From an uncultured Verrucomicrobiae bacterium (GTDB lineage: Bacteria; Verrucomicrobiota; Verrucomicrobiia; Chthoniobacterales; Chthoniobacteraceae): a stretch of 64,000 bases of DNA. This document shows positions 46,754 through 58,029 of the stretch, in pieces. Location: assembly GCA_963836755.1 (NCBI GenBank), contig CAWIKF010000002.1:224001-288000 (forward strand), read 5' to 3'. Position numbers and translations under genes: made by a program. How positions within the stretch are numbered: the stretch's first letter is position 1; each line of letters opens with the position of its first letter. The notes under the pieces are model-generated. The model was given only the letters and a program-made list of their open reading frames with translations, did not search any database and was not told the DNA's origin.

Positions 46754-48052
46754 TTGAAACTCCCGTTCAGCCTTTTTCTCGCGCTCCGTTATCTCAAGCC
46801 GAAACGGACCTTCGTCTCGATCATCACGCTCATCTCGATCCTCGGCGTCACCGTCGGCATCATGGTGCTCATTATCGTCATCGCGGTGATGACCGGTTTC
46901 GACCATGAGCTGCGGGAAAAAGTGCTCGGGTTCGAGCCGCACATCACGGTCAGCAACGGCGGAGTGTTGAACGACTGGCGCACGCTCAAAAAGCAGATCG
47001 AGGCTACGCCTGGCGTCATCGCCGTTGCGCCATTCGTGCAGGGACCGGTCATCGCGGAGCACGGCGACCAGACCGACACGCCGATCGTGCGCGGCGTCGA
47101 TCTCGACCAGGAGGAAAAAATCACCGAGCTTCGCAAGCTCGTGAAGCCGGGCGATGGCGAGTTCGATTTGAGCGGCGACACCGTGGTGATTGGGAAAGAT
47201 CTCGCCGATACCCTCCACGTCAATCTTGGCGACGAGATCACCATTTACGCGCCGGGAAACATCCGCGGGATTCTGGACGAGATGAAAAAGGCGGGTGACG
47301 ATCCGAAGAAAAATTCCAAGACGCTCGCGGAGCTGAAAGAGGAAGTCGTGATCCCGCAGCCGCTCACCGTCACCGGCATTTTTTCCTCCGGCCGCTACAT
47401 TTACGACTCCAGCGTCCTCTTCGTCTCGCTCAGCGTCGGACAGGAACTTTACTCGCTGCGCGACGGCGTCCACGGCCTTTCGGTCGAGACGAGCGATCCG
47501 TATCGCGCTGAGGAAATGAAGAATCGCCTCAACGCCGAGCTGCCGCCGCCGGCTTACGCGGAGACTTGGATCGACCGCAATCGCGACCTCTTCGACGCCA
47601 TCCGCGTCGAGCGCAATGTCATGTTCATCATCCTGCTTTTCATCAGCCTCGTCGCCTCGTTTTGCGTCATGAACACGCTCATCACCGTCACTGTGATGAA
47701 GACGCGCGAGATCGGCATCATGAAAGCGCTCGGCGCCACCACCGGGCAGATTGTCTGGGTTTTTCTCGCGCAGGGAATGGTCGTCGGCATCTTTGGAAAC
47801 CTCACCGGTCTCGCGCTAGGCATGACGCTGATCCGCTTTCGCAACGAATTCCGCGACTGGCTCGCGGCGACGCTTCACATCCAGATTTTTCCCGCCGACA
47901 TTTACCAATTCAGCAAAATCCCCGCCGTCATTGTCCCGCGCGACGTCGCGATCATCTGCTGCACGGCGTTCGCCTTTTGCTCTCTCGCCGCGCTCATCCC
48001 CGCCTGGGTCGCCGCACGGCTCGATCCGGTAAAAGCCTTGCGCTACGAGTAA
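46754..48052 (+). CDS. LolC/E-family lipoprotein-releasing ABC permease
   Basis: 'LALRYL...FVSII', 'VIAVMTGF', 'REIGIMKALGA', 'DPVKALRYE'; follows lysS; TTG start. Confidence 0.88.
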   Translation: MKLPFSLFLALRYLKPKRTFVSIITLISILGVTVGIMVLIIVIAVMTGFDHELREKVLGFEPHITVSNGGVLNDWRTLKKQIEATPGVIAVAPFVQGPVIAEHGDQTDTPIVRGVDLDQEEKITELRKLVKPGDGEFDLSGDTVVIGKDLADTLHVNLGDEITIYAPGNIRGILDEMKKAGDDPKKNSKTLAELKEEVVIPQPLTVTGIFSSGRYIYDSSVLFVSLSVGQELYSLRDGVHGLSVETSDPYRAEEMKNRLNAELPPPAYAETWIDRNRDLFDAIRVERNVMFIILLFISLVASFCVMNTLITVTVMKTREIGIMKALGATTGQIVWVFLAQGMVVGIFGNLTGLALGMTLIRFRNEFRDWLAATLHIQIFPADIYQFSKIPAVIVPRDVAIICCTAFAFCSLAALIPAWVAARLDPVKALRYE

Positions 48053-48113
48053 AAGTTCGAGCTGTTGAAAAGCGGGAGCATCGCCTGCCGATCCCCGATT
48101 TTTTTGAAAGATT

Positions 48114-49826
48114 TCAGTCGGCGAACAGCGACGTGACTTGAAGTTTGACCGCATCGATCAGCCCCTGATCCGTCAATTTCAAGGCCGGAATCGGCGAGAG
48201 GCTGAGAAAGGACAAAGTCATGAACGGCGCATCAAGCGGGCAGCCGAGGCTCGCAGCCGCGGCATTCAACGCGTCTATTTTCTCGATGACAATCTCCAGC
48301 GGCTCGCTTGAAACAAGCCCCGCCACCGGCAACGGCAGGCTCGCGATCTCCTCGCCATCCGCTACGGCAATCTGCCCACCGCCCATTTTTTCCAGCGCCT
48401 CGATCGCGGCCGCGATGTCCGCATCGTCCACGCCGGCGACCACAACGTTGTGCGCATCGTGCGCGACGGTCGAACCAATCGCGCCGCGCTGCAGCGCAAA
48501 GCCGCGCACAAAGCCGACACCGACATTTCCCGTCGCGCGATGCCGCTCGACGACGACGAGTTTTAAAATGTCGCGCGCGATGTCCGACACGACTTCGCCG
48601 CCGTCGATTTTCGGCGCGAGCAAAAGTTCGTTCGTGATGATTTGGTGCGGGACGATCTCGATGACTTTGATTTTTTTTCCGTCCCGCGCGGCGACTTTTA
48701 AATCCGCATCGCCGCACCAGCGCAGGTTCATCGTGCGGCGCGGCTGCTCGGGCGCAGGCTGCGCTGCGCCGAGATATTTTCCATCCTCGGCGACGAGAAT
48801 TCCTTTTTTATAAACACGCCGCACCGCGAACTTTTCCAAATCATCGAGCACGATGAAATCTGCCCAAAAACGCGGTGCAATCGCGCCATGATTTTTCAAA
48901 CGGTAATGCCGCGCGGTGTTGATGCTGCCCATTTGAATGGCGGTGATCGGCGCGATGCCGAGTGAGATCGCCTTGCGAATCGAGTGGTCGATGTGGCCTT
49001 CCTCGACGAGGTCGCCGGGAAGTTTGTCGTCGGTCGCGAAGGAGCAATTCGCGGAATTTTCCGGCGTCACCAGCGCGATGATGTGTTCGAGATTGCGCTC
49101 GGTGCTGCCTTCGCGCACGAGCAGGTGCATGCCGAGCCGCAGCTTTTCGCGCGCCTCGTCGAGCTCGGTGCTTTCATGATCGGAGCGAATGCCGGCGAGC
49201 GCGTAGGCGTTGAGATTTTTTCCGCGCAAGCCCGGCGCGTGGCCGTCGATCGCTTTTCCTTTGCCCGCGCGAATTTTCGCGAGCTCGCTTTCGTGGCCGA
49301 GAAAAACGCCGGGATAATTCATCAGCTCCGCGATGCCGGCGATGCGCTCGTCATCGATCATCAAGCGCAAATCGTCCGCCGTCAGCCGCGCGCCGGCCGT
49401 CTCGAGATGCGTCGCCGGAATGCACGACGGCAGCATGATGAAAAAATCGATCGGTAAATCCTTGCTCGTGTGCAGCACGTAGCGGATGCCGTCGAGGCCG
49501 AGCACGTTCGCGAATTCGTGCGGATCGATGACCATCGCCGCGGTGCCGTGCGGCACAACCGCGCGCACGAATTCCGGAAAAGTGACCATCGAACTTTCGA
49601 CGTGGAAATGGCCGTCGATCAGCGCCGGCGCGAGAAATGCGCCATCGAGATCGATGATTTCGCGTGCGTCGTAATCGCCAAATCCGATGATGCGCCCATC
49701 ATCCACGGCAACATTTTCCGAATAAATTTCGCCGCTGAAAACATTGACGAGTTGCGCGTGTTTAAAAAGTTGTTGCGCAGGTTTTTCACCGCGCGCGATC
49801 GCGAGTTTGTCCTCGAGATTTCTCAT
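48114..49826 (-). CDS. ade: Adenine deaminase
   Basis: 'IDGHFHVESS', 'DPHE', 'ELMNYPG', 'SDHE', 'REGS', 'TVAHDAHN'. Confidence 0.95.
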   Translation of the reverse strand: MRNLEDKLAIARGEKPAQQLFKHAQLVNVFSGEIYSENVAVDDGRIIGFGDYDAREIIDLDGAFLAPALIDGHFHVESSMVTFPEFVRAVVPHGTAAMVIDPHEFANVLGLDGIRYVLHTSKDLPIDFFIMLPSCIPATHLETAGARLTADDLRLMIDDERIAGIAELMNYPGVFLGHESELAKIRAGKGKAIDGHAPGLRGKNLNAYALAGIRSDHESTELDEAREKLRLGMHLLVREGSTERNLEHIIALVTPENSANCSFATDDKLPGDLVEEGHIDHSIRKAISLGIAPITAIQMGSINTARHYRLKNHGAIAPRFWADFIVLDDLEKFAVRRVYKKGILVAEDGKYLGAAQPAPEQPRRTMNLRWCGDADLKVAARDGKKIKVIEIVPHQIITNELLLAPKIDGGEVVSDIARDILKLVVVERHRATGNVGVGFVRGFALQRGAIGSTVAHDAHNVVVAGVDDADIAAAIEALEKMGGGQIAVADGEEIASLPLPVAGLVSSEPLEIVIEKIDALNAAAASLGCPLDAPFMTLSFLSLSPIPALKLTDQGLIDAVKLQVTSLFAD

Positions 49827-52800
49827 TCTTTTGCCCGCTGTTGCTGGATCGCCGCGAAAATTGCTTCGCCGGTCGCGGGCGAATCCAAGGCGACTTCGCC
49901 CCCTTTTCCAAATGCAGCCACGGCGTCGCGAATCGCCTCGCGCACGGAAATCGCGAGCATCAGCGGCGGTTCGCCGACGGCCTTGCTGCCGTGGATCGTA
50001 TTCGGCTGCGTGGCATCTTTCAAAAACGCCACGTTAAACACGCGTGGCATGTCGCCGACTGCCGGAATTTTGTAAGTGTCGGGCGAATGCGTGAGCAGCC
50101 GCCCCTGCGCATCCCACGTCAATTTTTCCACGGTCAGCCAGCCGAGTCCTTGCACGAAGCCGCCTTCCACCTGCCCGCGCGCGACGCCTTCGTTGATCGC
50201 GTCGCCGACGTCGTGCAAAATATCCGCGCGCAAAACCTGCATCGCGCCGGTGAAGCCATCGATCTCAACTTCGGTGACCGCCGCGCCGACGGCGAAATAA
50301 TGAAACGGTTTTCCGCGCCCGTTTTCCGCGTCGTAAAAAATATCCGGCGTTCGGTAAAAGCCGGTCGCGCTGAGGCTGACGCGCGCGAAATACGCTGCGC
50401 GCAACGCTTCGGCGAAAGTCGCGTGAGTTTTTAAAAATGGCTCGAGCCGCTCGCGCAAAATGTCGCACGCGTTTTTCACCGCCGCGCCATTGAGGTCCGT
50501 GCCGCATGACGCGGCGGTCGCGGAGGTGTTCGGAACTTTGTCCGTGCGCGTCGCCATCACGCGCACGTGCTCGACGGGAATTCCGAATTCCTTCGCGGCG
50601 ATCATCGCGACGTTTGTGTTGATTCCCTGCCCCATTTCGGTGCCGCCGTGATTCACCTGCACGGTGCCGTCCTGATAAAGCAGCACGAGCGCGCCGGCTT
50701 GATTCAGATGCGTGGTCGTGAAGGAAATGCCGAATTTCACCGGCGTGATCGCAAGCCCGCGCTTGCGGTGCGGCTGACCGGAATTCCATTGCGCGATTTC
50801 CGCGCGGCGGCTCGCGAAGCCGCTTGTTTCCTTGATCTCCGACCAAATGCGCCGGATGCGGTTGTCCTCGATTTCCTGTCCGTAATGCGTCGTGTTCGTC
50901 TCGCCGGAGCCGCGATACAAATTCCGCTCGCGCACTTCCTCCGGCGGCAAATCGAGCTGCCGCGCGATGCGGTCGAAAATTTCCTCGATGACGAGCATTC
51001 CCTGCGGTCCGCCGAATCCGCGGAACGCCGTGTTCGATGCGAGATTCGTTTTCACCACGCGTCCGCTGAATTCCACGTTTGGGATGTAATAAGCGTTATC
51101 GAGATGAAAAAGTGCGCGGTCGCAAATCGCGCGTGAAAGGTCGAGCGACCAGCCGCCATTCGCGAACAGCTCGACTTTCGCCGCGAGCAACATTCCGCGT
51201 TTGTCAAAGCCGACGTCGAACTTCGCGAGAAACGGATGCCGCTTGCCCGTGATCATCATGTCCTGGTCGCGATTGTAGCGGATGCGCACCCGCCGCCCGG
51301 TGCGCGATGCAGCCAGCGCCGCGAGCACCGCCGGCCCAGCCGCCTGCGTTTCCTTGCCGCCGAATCCGCCGCCCATCCGCGTGATTTGCACGACCACGCG
51401 ATTCATCGGCAGATCGAGCGCGTGCGCGATTGCGAGCTGCACTTCGGACGGATGCTGCGTCGAGGAATGCACTAAAATCGTCCCGTCCTCGCCGCATTCC
51501 GCCCACGCCGCCTGCATCTCGAGGTAAAAATGATCCTGCCCGCCCATCGAAAATTCGCCGCGGAATTTTTTCGGCGCAGTCGACGAGAGCCTCTGCAGCA
51601 TCTCCACGCCGGATGAAATGCGGATCGCTGTGGAAAAGATTTTGCGCGACCGCCTCCTCGATTTCGAAAACCGGCGGCAGCGGCTCGTATTCGACCACCA
51701 CTTTTTCGGCTGCCGCGCGGCATTGCTCCTCCGTCTCGCCGACCACCAGCGCGACGAGCTGGCCGTGATAGGAAATCTCGTCTGTGCGCGAGCAAAACTT
51801 CGTCATGCCGCACGGGCCCGACATCGTTCAGCCCGGGAATATCCTCCGCGAGCAAAACCACGCGAATGCCCGCCATTGCTTGCGCGGCGGACACATCGCG
51901 TTTTAAAATCCGCGCGCGCGCGTGCGGCGCGCAGACCGGCCAAACCTCGAGCATTCCCGCCGTTTCATCGTCCACATAAATCGCCTCGCCGGTCACATGT
52001 TTGTGGCCGCTTTCATGCGGAATCGAGCGCAAAACTGGCGCAGTCGCGACAGCCAACGGCGCGGAATTTTTTGCGGAAAAATCTTCGTGAAAAAACTTTT
52101 CCAGCAAGCTCGCGATCATCTCCGACCGATATTTCGCGCTGCCGCGCACATCGGTGATCGGTGTAAATTCCGTGCGCAAAATCGGCAGCACTTTTTGCAG
52201 CGTCTCCTCGTTCCAGATTTTTCCAGTCAGCGCCTGCTCCGTTTTTTGCGCGCGCACCGGGGTCGCCGCGACACCGCCGTAAGCCAGTCGCGCCTTGCGA
52301 ACGAAATTTTGTGCGTCGAGTTTCAGCGCGAAGCAGCCGGCGACCGTGCTGATATCCATCTCGCGCCTGCGCGAAACTTTGTAAAACATGCGTCGCGCGC
52401 CGTCGCCGCGCGGCAGCACGATCGTCTTCAAAATTTCGCCGGGCTGCAGCGCCGTCTTGCGATACGCGACAAAAAATTCATCGAGCGGAATCGTCCGCTC
52501 ACCGCGCGCGGAGGCGAGCACGAGCTTCGTTTCAAACGAGAGCAGCAGCGGCGCTGAGTCGCCGATGGGCGAAGCGGTGACGAGGTTGCCTCCCATCGTT
52601 GCGCGGTTCCGGATTTGCCGAGAGCCGAACCACCAAAGCATTTCCTTGAGAGCCGGAAATTCTCCGCCGAGGTTTTCAAGAACGTTGGTCAGATTCACCG
52701 CGGCGCCGATGCGCCACTCGCGTTCGTCCTGTTCGAGCGATTGCAGGTCCGGGATCGCTTCGAGCGAAATCCAGGTCGGAAGCTTTTTGAAGTATTTCGA

Positions 52801-53472
52801 GATTAAAAGTCCAAGTTCCGTAGCGCCGGCAACCAGCCGCGCCTCAGGAAAATCTTCCATCAAGTTGAACAATTGATCGAGCGATTGCGGGCGGAAAAAT
52901 CTTTCGCTGCCGCATTCGATTCGCAACGGCGTCAAAGTTGCTGGCGGCTCGTGAAGCCGCTCTGCATAAGCATCCGCGCCGCTTTTGGCAAACGCCTCGA
53001 TGGCCGCCTCGCGGATGGGGCGGTAACCCGTGCAGCGGCACAAGTTTCCCGCAAGCTGCTCGTCGAGCTGCGCATTCGTTTGCAAATCGCGGCGATGAAA
53101 TCCCTCGAAAAGCGACATGACGAACCCAGGCGTGCAGTAACCGCATTGCGACCCAAAATTTTTCAACATCGCTTCCTGCACGGGATGCAGCGCACCATTT
53201 TTCAAACCTTCCACCGTCACAATTTCGCGCCCGGCCATCGTGGGCAACGGCACAAGACAACTATTGATCGCGCGGAAACAAGCGTTCCCATTTGTATCGC
53301 GATCAATCATCACGACCGAGCACGCGCCGCAGTCGCCCTCGGCGCAACCTTCTTTGGTTCCAGTGCGGCCGCTGCGGCGCAGCCAGTTCAGCAGAGTGGT
53401 GTTCGGCGAGACGTTTTCCGCGCGAACTTTGTCGCCATTCAATTGAAACTCAATCACCGCGCCGGCCGTCAT
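49823..53472 (-). CDS. Single-chain xanthine dehydrogenase (2Fe-2S, FAD and Mo domains; apparent frameshifts at about 51786 and 51584)
   Basis: 'GCAEGDCGAC', 'QCGYCTPG', 'NLCRCTGY', 'QIRNRATMGGN', 'PHESGHKHVTGEA', 'GGGFGGKETQ', 'AFRGFGGPQ', 'SKAVGEPP'; removing two bases gives 1215 aa. Confidence 0.9.
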
Positions 53473-54827
53473 TTCCTGCGGCCTTGCAAGATTTTCAAAA
53501 ACGACCGCGTGCGGATTTCATCGAGAGTCAGACCTGTGGCGAGCGCCTCGTCCTCGGTGATTGCGCCGCAGCTCAGACCGCGCAGAAAAAAGTTGAGCAG
53601 CCCCTGGCCCGTCGCCGCATCGTCGAATACGTCGCCGAAGAGCGAAGCCAGCGCGGCCTTTGCCACAAAGGCTTTGAGCCGATTCGAGGCCGATTCGAGC
53701 CCGCGCAAAAAGAAGGCGTAAACGGCGGCATAGCGCACCACGAATTGCGCGGGATGCAAATCCCAACCTTGATAAATGCCATGGCGGAGCGAGTGCATCG
53801 TGTCGTCGAAAGCAAGCTTCCATGCGGTGTGGACGGCGGCGCGGTTCGCGGCGATTTGCTGCGGAGTCAACGGCTGCGATTCGCTCGCGCGATGCGGGCC
53901 GACTGGCAAAATATTCGTCGCACCATCGGAAAGATGAATGCCGGTGCCGGCGAGCGAGACGGCCATGACCTCGCGCGCAAAATCGCAAACCGGATGCTGC
54001 ATTGTCTGGTAAGCGGCGGTGATGCCCCGCGAGGCGGTGTAATCGTAGACGCCAAAATGCACGCTGCGGCAGCGCCCTTCCGCGGCTGCGATGAGCGAGG
54101 GAATTCCGATTTCGCCGTCGCGATGAATGATCGCCTGCGGCGTCTCGATCATCAGTTCCACGCGCAACGCGCCCGCGGCGAGGTCGTTCTTTTTCTCCAA
54201 AATTTCGAGCAGCCGCACGCTGGCTGTGACCTGTTCGGGAATTTGAACTTTCGGAATCGTGATGACAAAATTTGCGGGTAAATTTCCGCCGCTCTCGGCC
54301 AGCAAAGTCGTTACGAAAATATCGAGCGTGCGAATCGCCCGCGCGCGCAAATCTTCGTTGAGCGGCTTGATGCGGACGCCGATGAAAGGCGGCAGCGTGC
54401 CGGCGGCGAGACCGCGCGCGACTTCCACCGCGCTCGCGGCCGCATGACCGTCTTCCTCAGCATCCATGCGGTTTCCGTAGCCATCCTCGAAATCGAGGCG
54501 AAAATCTTCCACAGGCTCGCGTCGCAGTTTTTCGACGACCCGATCGTAGATCGTTGCAGCGAAAATCGCATCGTCGCCGAGATCCAAAACGTGCGCGAGC
54601 GCCACTGCGTTCGGCGCATTTTCCTCGAGCGAACGCAACGCCACCGCGCCGAGCCGCTGCGCCGTGTCGGCTTTGAAAAGATGGCCGCCGCCGTAAACGG
54701 AATGCACCGCCTGTCGTCGGTTCGACTCGCCCGGATAATGCGCGGCAAAGTCACGATTCGCCGCACTCAGGTCACCGATGATGGCGTTGATTTCCGAGCC
54801 AAAACTGGTGCGCGGTTTCTCGCTCAC
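53469..54827 (-). CDS. CitE/HpcH-like TIM-barrel lyase of unknown function (recalled as DUF6986-like; needs HMM check)
   Basis: 'LDFEDG', 'IPKV', 'ELMIETP', 'HFGVYDY', 'GWDLHPAQ'; GTGA overlap with allE. Confidence 0.75.
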   Translation of the reverse strand: MSEKPRTSFGSEINAIIGDLSAANRDFAAHYPGESNRRQAVHSVYGGGHLFKADTAQRLGAVALRSLEENAPNAVALAHVLDLGDDAIFAATIYDRVVEKLRREPVEDFRLDFEDGYGNRMDAEEDGHAAASAVEVARGLAAGTLPPFIGVRIKPLNEDLRARAIRTLDIFVTTLLAESGGNLPANFVITIPKVQIPEQVTASVRLLEILEKKNDLAAGALRVELMIETPQAIIHRDGEIGIPSLIAAAEGRCRSVHFGVYDYTASRGITAAYQTMQHPVCDFAREVMAVSLAGTGIHLSDGATNILPVGPHRASESQPLTPQQIAANRAAVHTAWKLAFDDTMHSLRHGIYQGWDLHPAQFVVRYAAVYAFFLRGLESASNRLKAFVAKAALASLFGDVFDDAATGQGLLNFFLRGLSCGAITEDEALATGLTLDEIRTRSFLKILQGRRK

Positions 54828-55555
54828 AATGGCGAACGATTCACGTCTTTGTAGTAAATGTAAACCGCCGGCTCGCTCCCAAGCGCGACAAACCACTGCG
54901 GACAAAACGGTGCCATCCAGATCACGTCGCCGGCCTGCACCGGATACCATTCCGACTCGAGCCGGTAAACGCCCGCGCCGGCGAGCATGAGCAGCCCGTG
55001 CTCCATCACATGCGTTTCCACGAAAGGCAGCGCCGCGCCGGGATCGTAGCTGAAAATGTTTACCGCCATGTCAAACGAAGCGTTGTCAGGCAGCAACACT
55101 TGTAAGCGTGCGTGCGGATCGCCCAAGAACGGAGCGCCAGCGATGTCGGCAGCGTCGCCGGTAAAGAAATTGGGCGCGGATTTTGACGCCAACGGTTCGT
55201 AGCGCTTTTGGAACAAAAGCAGACGCGTCTCTTTTTTTGCGGAGCGAAAATCGTAGTCGCTGCCGGGGGGAAGATACGCGTAATTGCCGGAGCTGAGCGC
55301 GTGCCCGTTGATCGAGCATTTGCCGTCGATCACATAGGCGAAAAGTTCCGATTCTCCCGTCGCGCCCGCACCGCGCCCGTTGCGCTCAAGCGTGATCGAG
55401 GTCTGCGCGAACTTCGCGCCGAGCGCCGGCGAGATTAATACGCACGCGACGCAGTTCGTCCAGCCGGGCAGAACGCTCGGCACAAAACCGTTGGGCGTGA
55501 AAAGCGCGTGCCGTTCCTTCACGACATTGCGGGAGCTCCCGAGTGGATGATTCAT
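54824..55555 (-). CDS. allE: (S)-ureidoglycine aminohydrolase (bicupin)
   Basis: 'FVETHVMEHGL', 'GDVIWMAPFCPQWF', 'YIYYKDVNR'. Confidence 0.93.
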   Translation of the reverse strand: MNHPLGSSRNVVKERHALFTPNGFVPSVLPGWTNCVACVLISPALGAKFAQTSITLERNGRGAGATGESELFAYVIDGKCSINGHALSSGNYAYLPPGSDYDFRSAKKETRLLLFQKRYEPLASKSAPNFFTGDAADIAGAPFLGDPHARLQVLLPDNASFDMAVNIFSYDPGAALPFVETHVMEHGLLMLAGAGVYRLESEWYPVQAGDVIWMAPFCPQWFVALGSEPAVYIYYKDVNRSPL

Positions 55556-56862
55556 GAAAAAGGCGTGATCAACTGGCCGCGCGGCGGCGCGACGATTCTG
55601 CCCTCGCAATAAACCGTCTGTCCACGCAGAAGCGTCCGCACAACACGCCCGCGAAGTTTTCGGCCGATGTATGGACTGTGCTGGTGTCTGTAAAACAAAG
55701 TGTTGTCGGTGATTATGTTGTCGAATTTCGCGTCAAACAAGACGCAGTCAGCATCCGCGCCGATTTCGATGCGACCCTTGCGTGGCGCGATGCGGAAGCA
55801 CGCTGCAACATTTTCGGCGGTCAGCCTCGCAATCTTCTCGAACGGAATTTTGCACTCGACGACCAGCGAGAGCAGATGCTGGCAGCCTGAAATGCCGCCC
55901 CAGACCTTGAAAAAATTGGCGTCTGTTTTCATCTCCGGCGGCGCGGGCGAATGATCGGAGCCGATCGTCGTTACTTCGCCAGCCAGCACTTTGTTTACTA
56001 AAAGCGCACGCTCCGTGTCGGCTCGCAACGGCGGTGCGCATTTGGCTATTGCCCCGAGTTTTTCCATGTCGTCAAAGTTCAGCACCAGATAATGCGGACA
56101 CGTCTCGCACGTCACATCCGCGCCGCGCATTCGCGCTTCCGCGACCAGCGACACGCCCGCTGCGGAACTCACGTGGACGATGTGCAGCGCGCACTCTGTT
56201 TCGCCCGCGAGGTCAATGGCGATGCGGATCGCCGCGAGTTCAGCGCGGATTGGACGCGACTCGAGATAATCGCGCACGCTCGTCTTTCCGTCGGCGATTT
56301 TCGCGGCGGTGAGCTCACGCGTGATCTCCTCCGATTCCGCATGCACCGCGACAATCAATCCACACGCCGCCGCGCGTTTCATCCCTGCGCGCAAAGTGGT
56401 TGCATCGGCGCGCGCGAAATCGTCGATGCCGCTGTTCGACATGAACGCTTTCAAGCCGATCACGCCACGATCGCGCAGCGTTTCGATTTGATCGAGGTTG
56501 CCGGGAACCAATCCGCCCCAGAGTGCGAAATCGACGACCGATTGCGCCTCGGCCGCCGCGCGTTTTTGATTGAAACTTTCGCCGTCGCACGTTGGCGGAT
56601 GCGCGTTGAGCGGCATGTCGAAAAAAGTTGTCGTGCCGCCCGCCGCGCAAGCTCTGGAGCCGCTCGCGAGGCCTTCCCACTCCGCGCGGCCGGGCTCGTT
56701 GAAGTGCACATGCGCGTCAATCACGCCCGGAAAAATTTGCAGCCCGCGCGCATCGATTTCCTCGCGCGCCGAACTCGCGTCGAACGAAACAAATTTTCCA
56801 TCGGCGATCCCGATTTCGGGAAAGGGCGAAGCGCCGCGAATCAACAAATCCAGCTCGCTCAT
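55552..56862 (-). CDS. allB: Allantoinase
   Basis: 'DAHVHFNEPGR', 'DMPLN', 'ETCPHYL', 'KCAPPLR', 'SDHSP', 'WGGISG'. Confidence 0.93.
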   Translation of the reverse strand: MSELDLLIRGASPFPEIGIADGKFVSFDASSAREEIDARGLQIFPGVIDAHVHFNEPGRAEWEGLASGSRACAAGGTTTFFDMPLNAHPPTCDGESFNQKRAAAEAQSVVDFALWGGLVPGNLDQIETLRDRGVIGLKAFMSNSGIDDFARADATTLRAGMKRAAACGLIVAVHAESEEITRELTAAKIADGKTSVRDYLESRPIRAELAAIRIAIDLAGETECALHIVHVSSAAGVSLVAEARMRGADVTCETCPHYLVLNFDDMEKLGAIAKCAPPLRADTERALLVNKVLAGEVTTIGSDHSPAPPEMKTDANFFKVWGGISGCQHLLSLVVECKIPFEKIARLTAENVAACFRIAPRKGRIEIGADADCVLFDAKFDNIITDNTLFYRHQHSPYIGRKLRGRVVRTLLRGQTVYCEGRIVAPPRGQLITPFS

Positions 56863-58029
56863 GGCGCTTTCAGGCTGCGTAAAAAATCTGCGAGCACTGC
56901 GACTGCTTTGGCCACATCGCTTTCCAAAACGGATTCGTCGGGATGATGACTGAGCGCGTTTTTACAACGCACGAAGAGCATCGCGACCGGGCAGAGCGTA
57001 GCGATTGCCGCCGCGTCGTGACCGGCGCCGCTCGGCAGCGCGAGGACTTTTTTTTCGTGCTTGGCGACCGCGGCGCGAAACAGGCGCGTAAGCTTCGCAT
57101 CGCATGGGACCGTGCTCGTTTCCTGCACCAATTTCCATTCCGCAGGCAGCCGGCGTCGCCGCGCAATTTGTGAAACTTTTGTTTCTCAGCGTGCGCAATG
57201 CCGCGAGCCGCCGCGCATCTTTTTGATGGCGCACGTCGAGGCTCAGCGTTGCGCGCTCGGGGATCACATTGCTCACGCACGGGGCGATTTTTATTTCGCC
57301 GACGGTCGCGGTGACGCCGGATTTTTCCACGGCCAAAATCAATTCCGCAGCGGCGCAAAGCGCGTCGTGGCGCAGATTCATCGGCGTGGTTCCGGCGTGA
57401 CCGGCGCGGCCGAAAAATTCGACGCTCACGCGCGATTGGCCTGCAATCGCGGTCACCACGCCGACGCCGAGTCCGCACGATTCTAGCACGGGACCTTGCT
57501 CAATGTGGACTTCCGCGTAGCCGAAAAATTCGCCCGGTTTTCGCCGCGCGCGTTCGATGCCTTTCTCCGCGATCCCCTTCAAATCAGGCTTCGCGAGCGT
57601 TCCAGCCATCGCGCGGCTGCCGAGATAAGCCGTTTGATAGCGGACACCTTCCTCATCGGAAAAGCCCGCGACTTCGACAGCAAACGGAAGTGTTACATTC
57701 GTTTCCCGCAAATGTTGCAGCGTCGCAATCGCCACGAGCACGCCGAGCGGGCCATCGTATTTTCCCGCGTTGCGCACCGTGTCGAGATGCGAGCCGAGCA
57801 AAAAAGTTTTCGCGCGCGGGTTGGGAGATTCGAGACGGCCGAGCAAATTAAACGCCGCATCTTCGCTCACGGCCAGGCCGGCTTCGCGCATCCATTTTCC
57901 GACGAGGGCATTCGCGCGCCGCATGGCCGGCGAATGAAAGGTGCGCGTCAAATGCGGCGGCTCGTCGGTGATCGCGCCGAGCTCATCGGCGCGGCGCATC
58001 AGCTCCCGCGATAAGTGCTGTAGGCCCAT
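56859..58029 (-). CDS. allC: Allantoate amidohydrolase (apparent frameshift at about 57178; start 58029 or 57999)
   Basis: 'GSHLDTV', 'DEEG', 'EVHIEQGP', 'GHAGTTPM', 'SGAGHDA', 'SHHPDE'. Confidence 0.88.
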
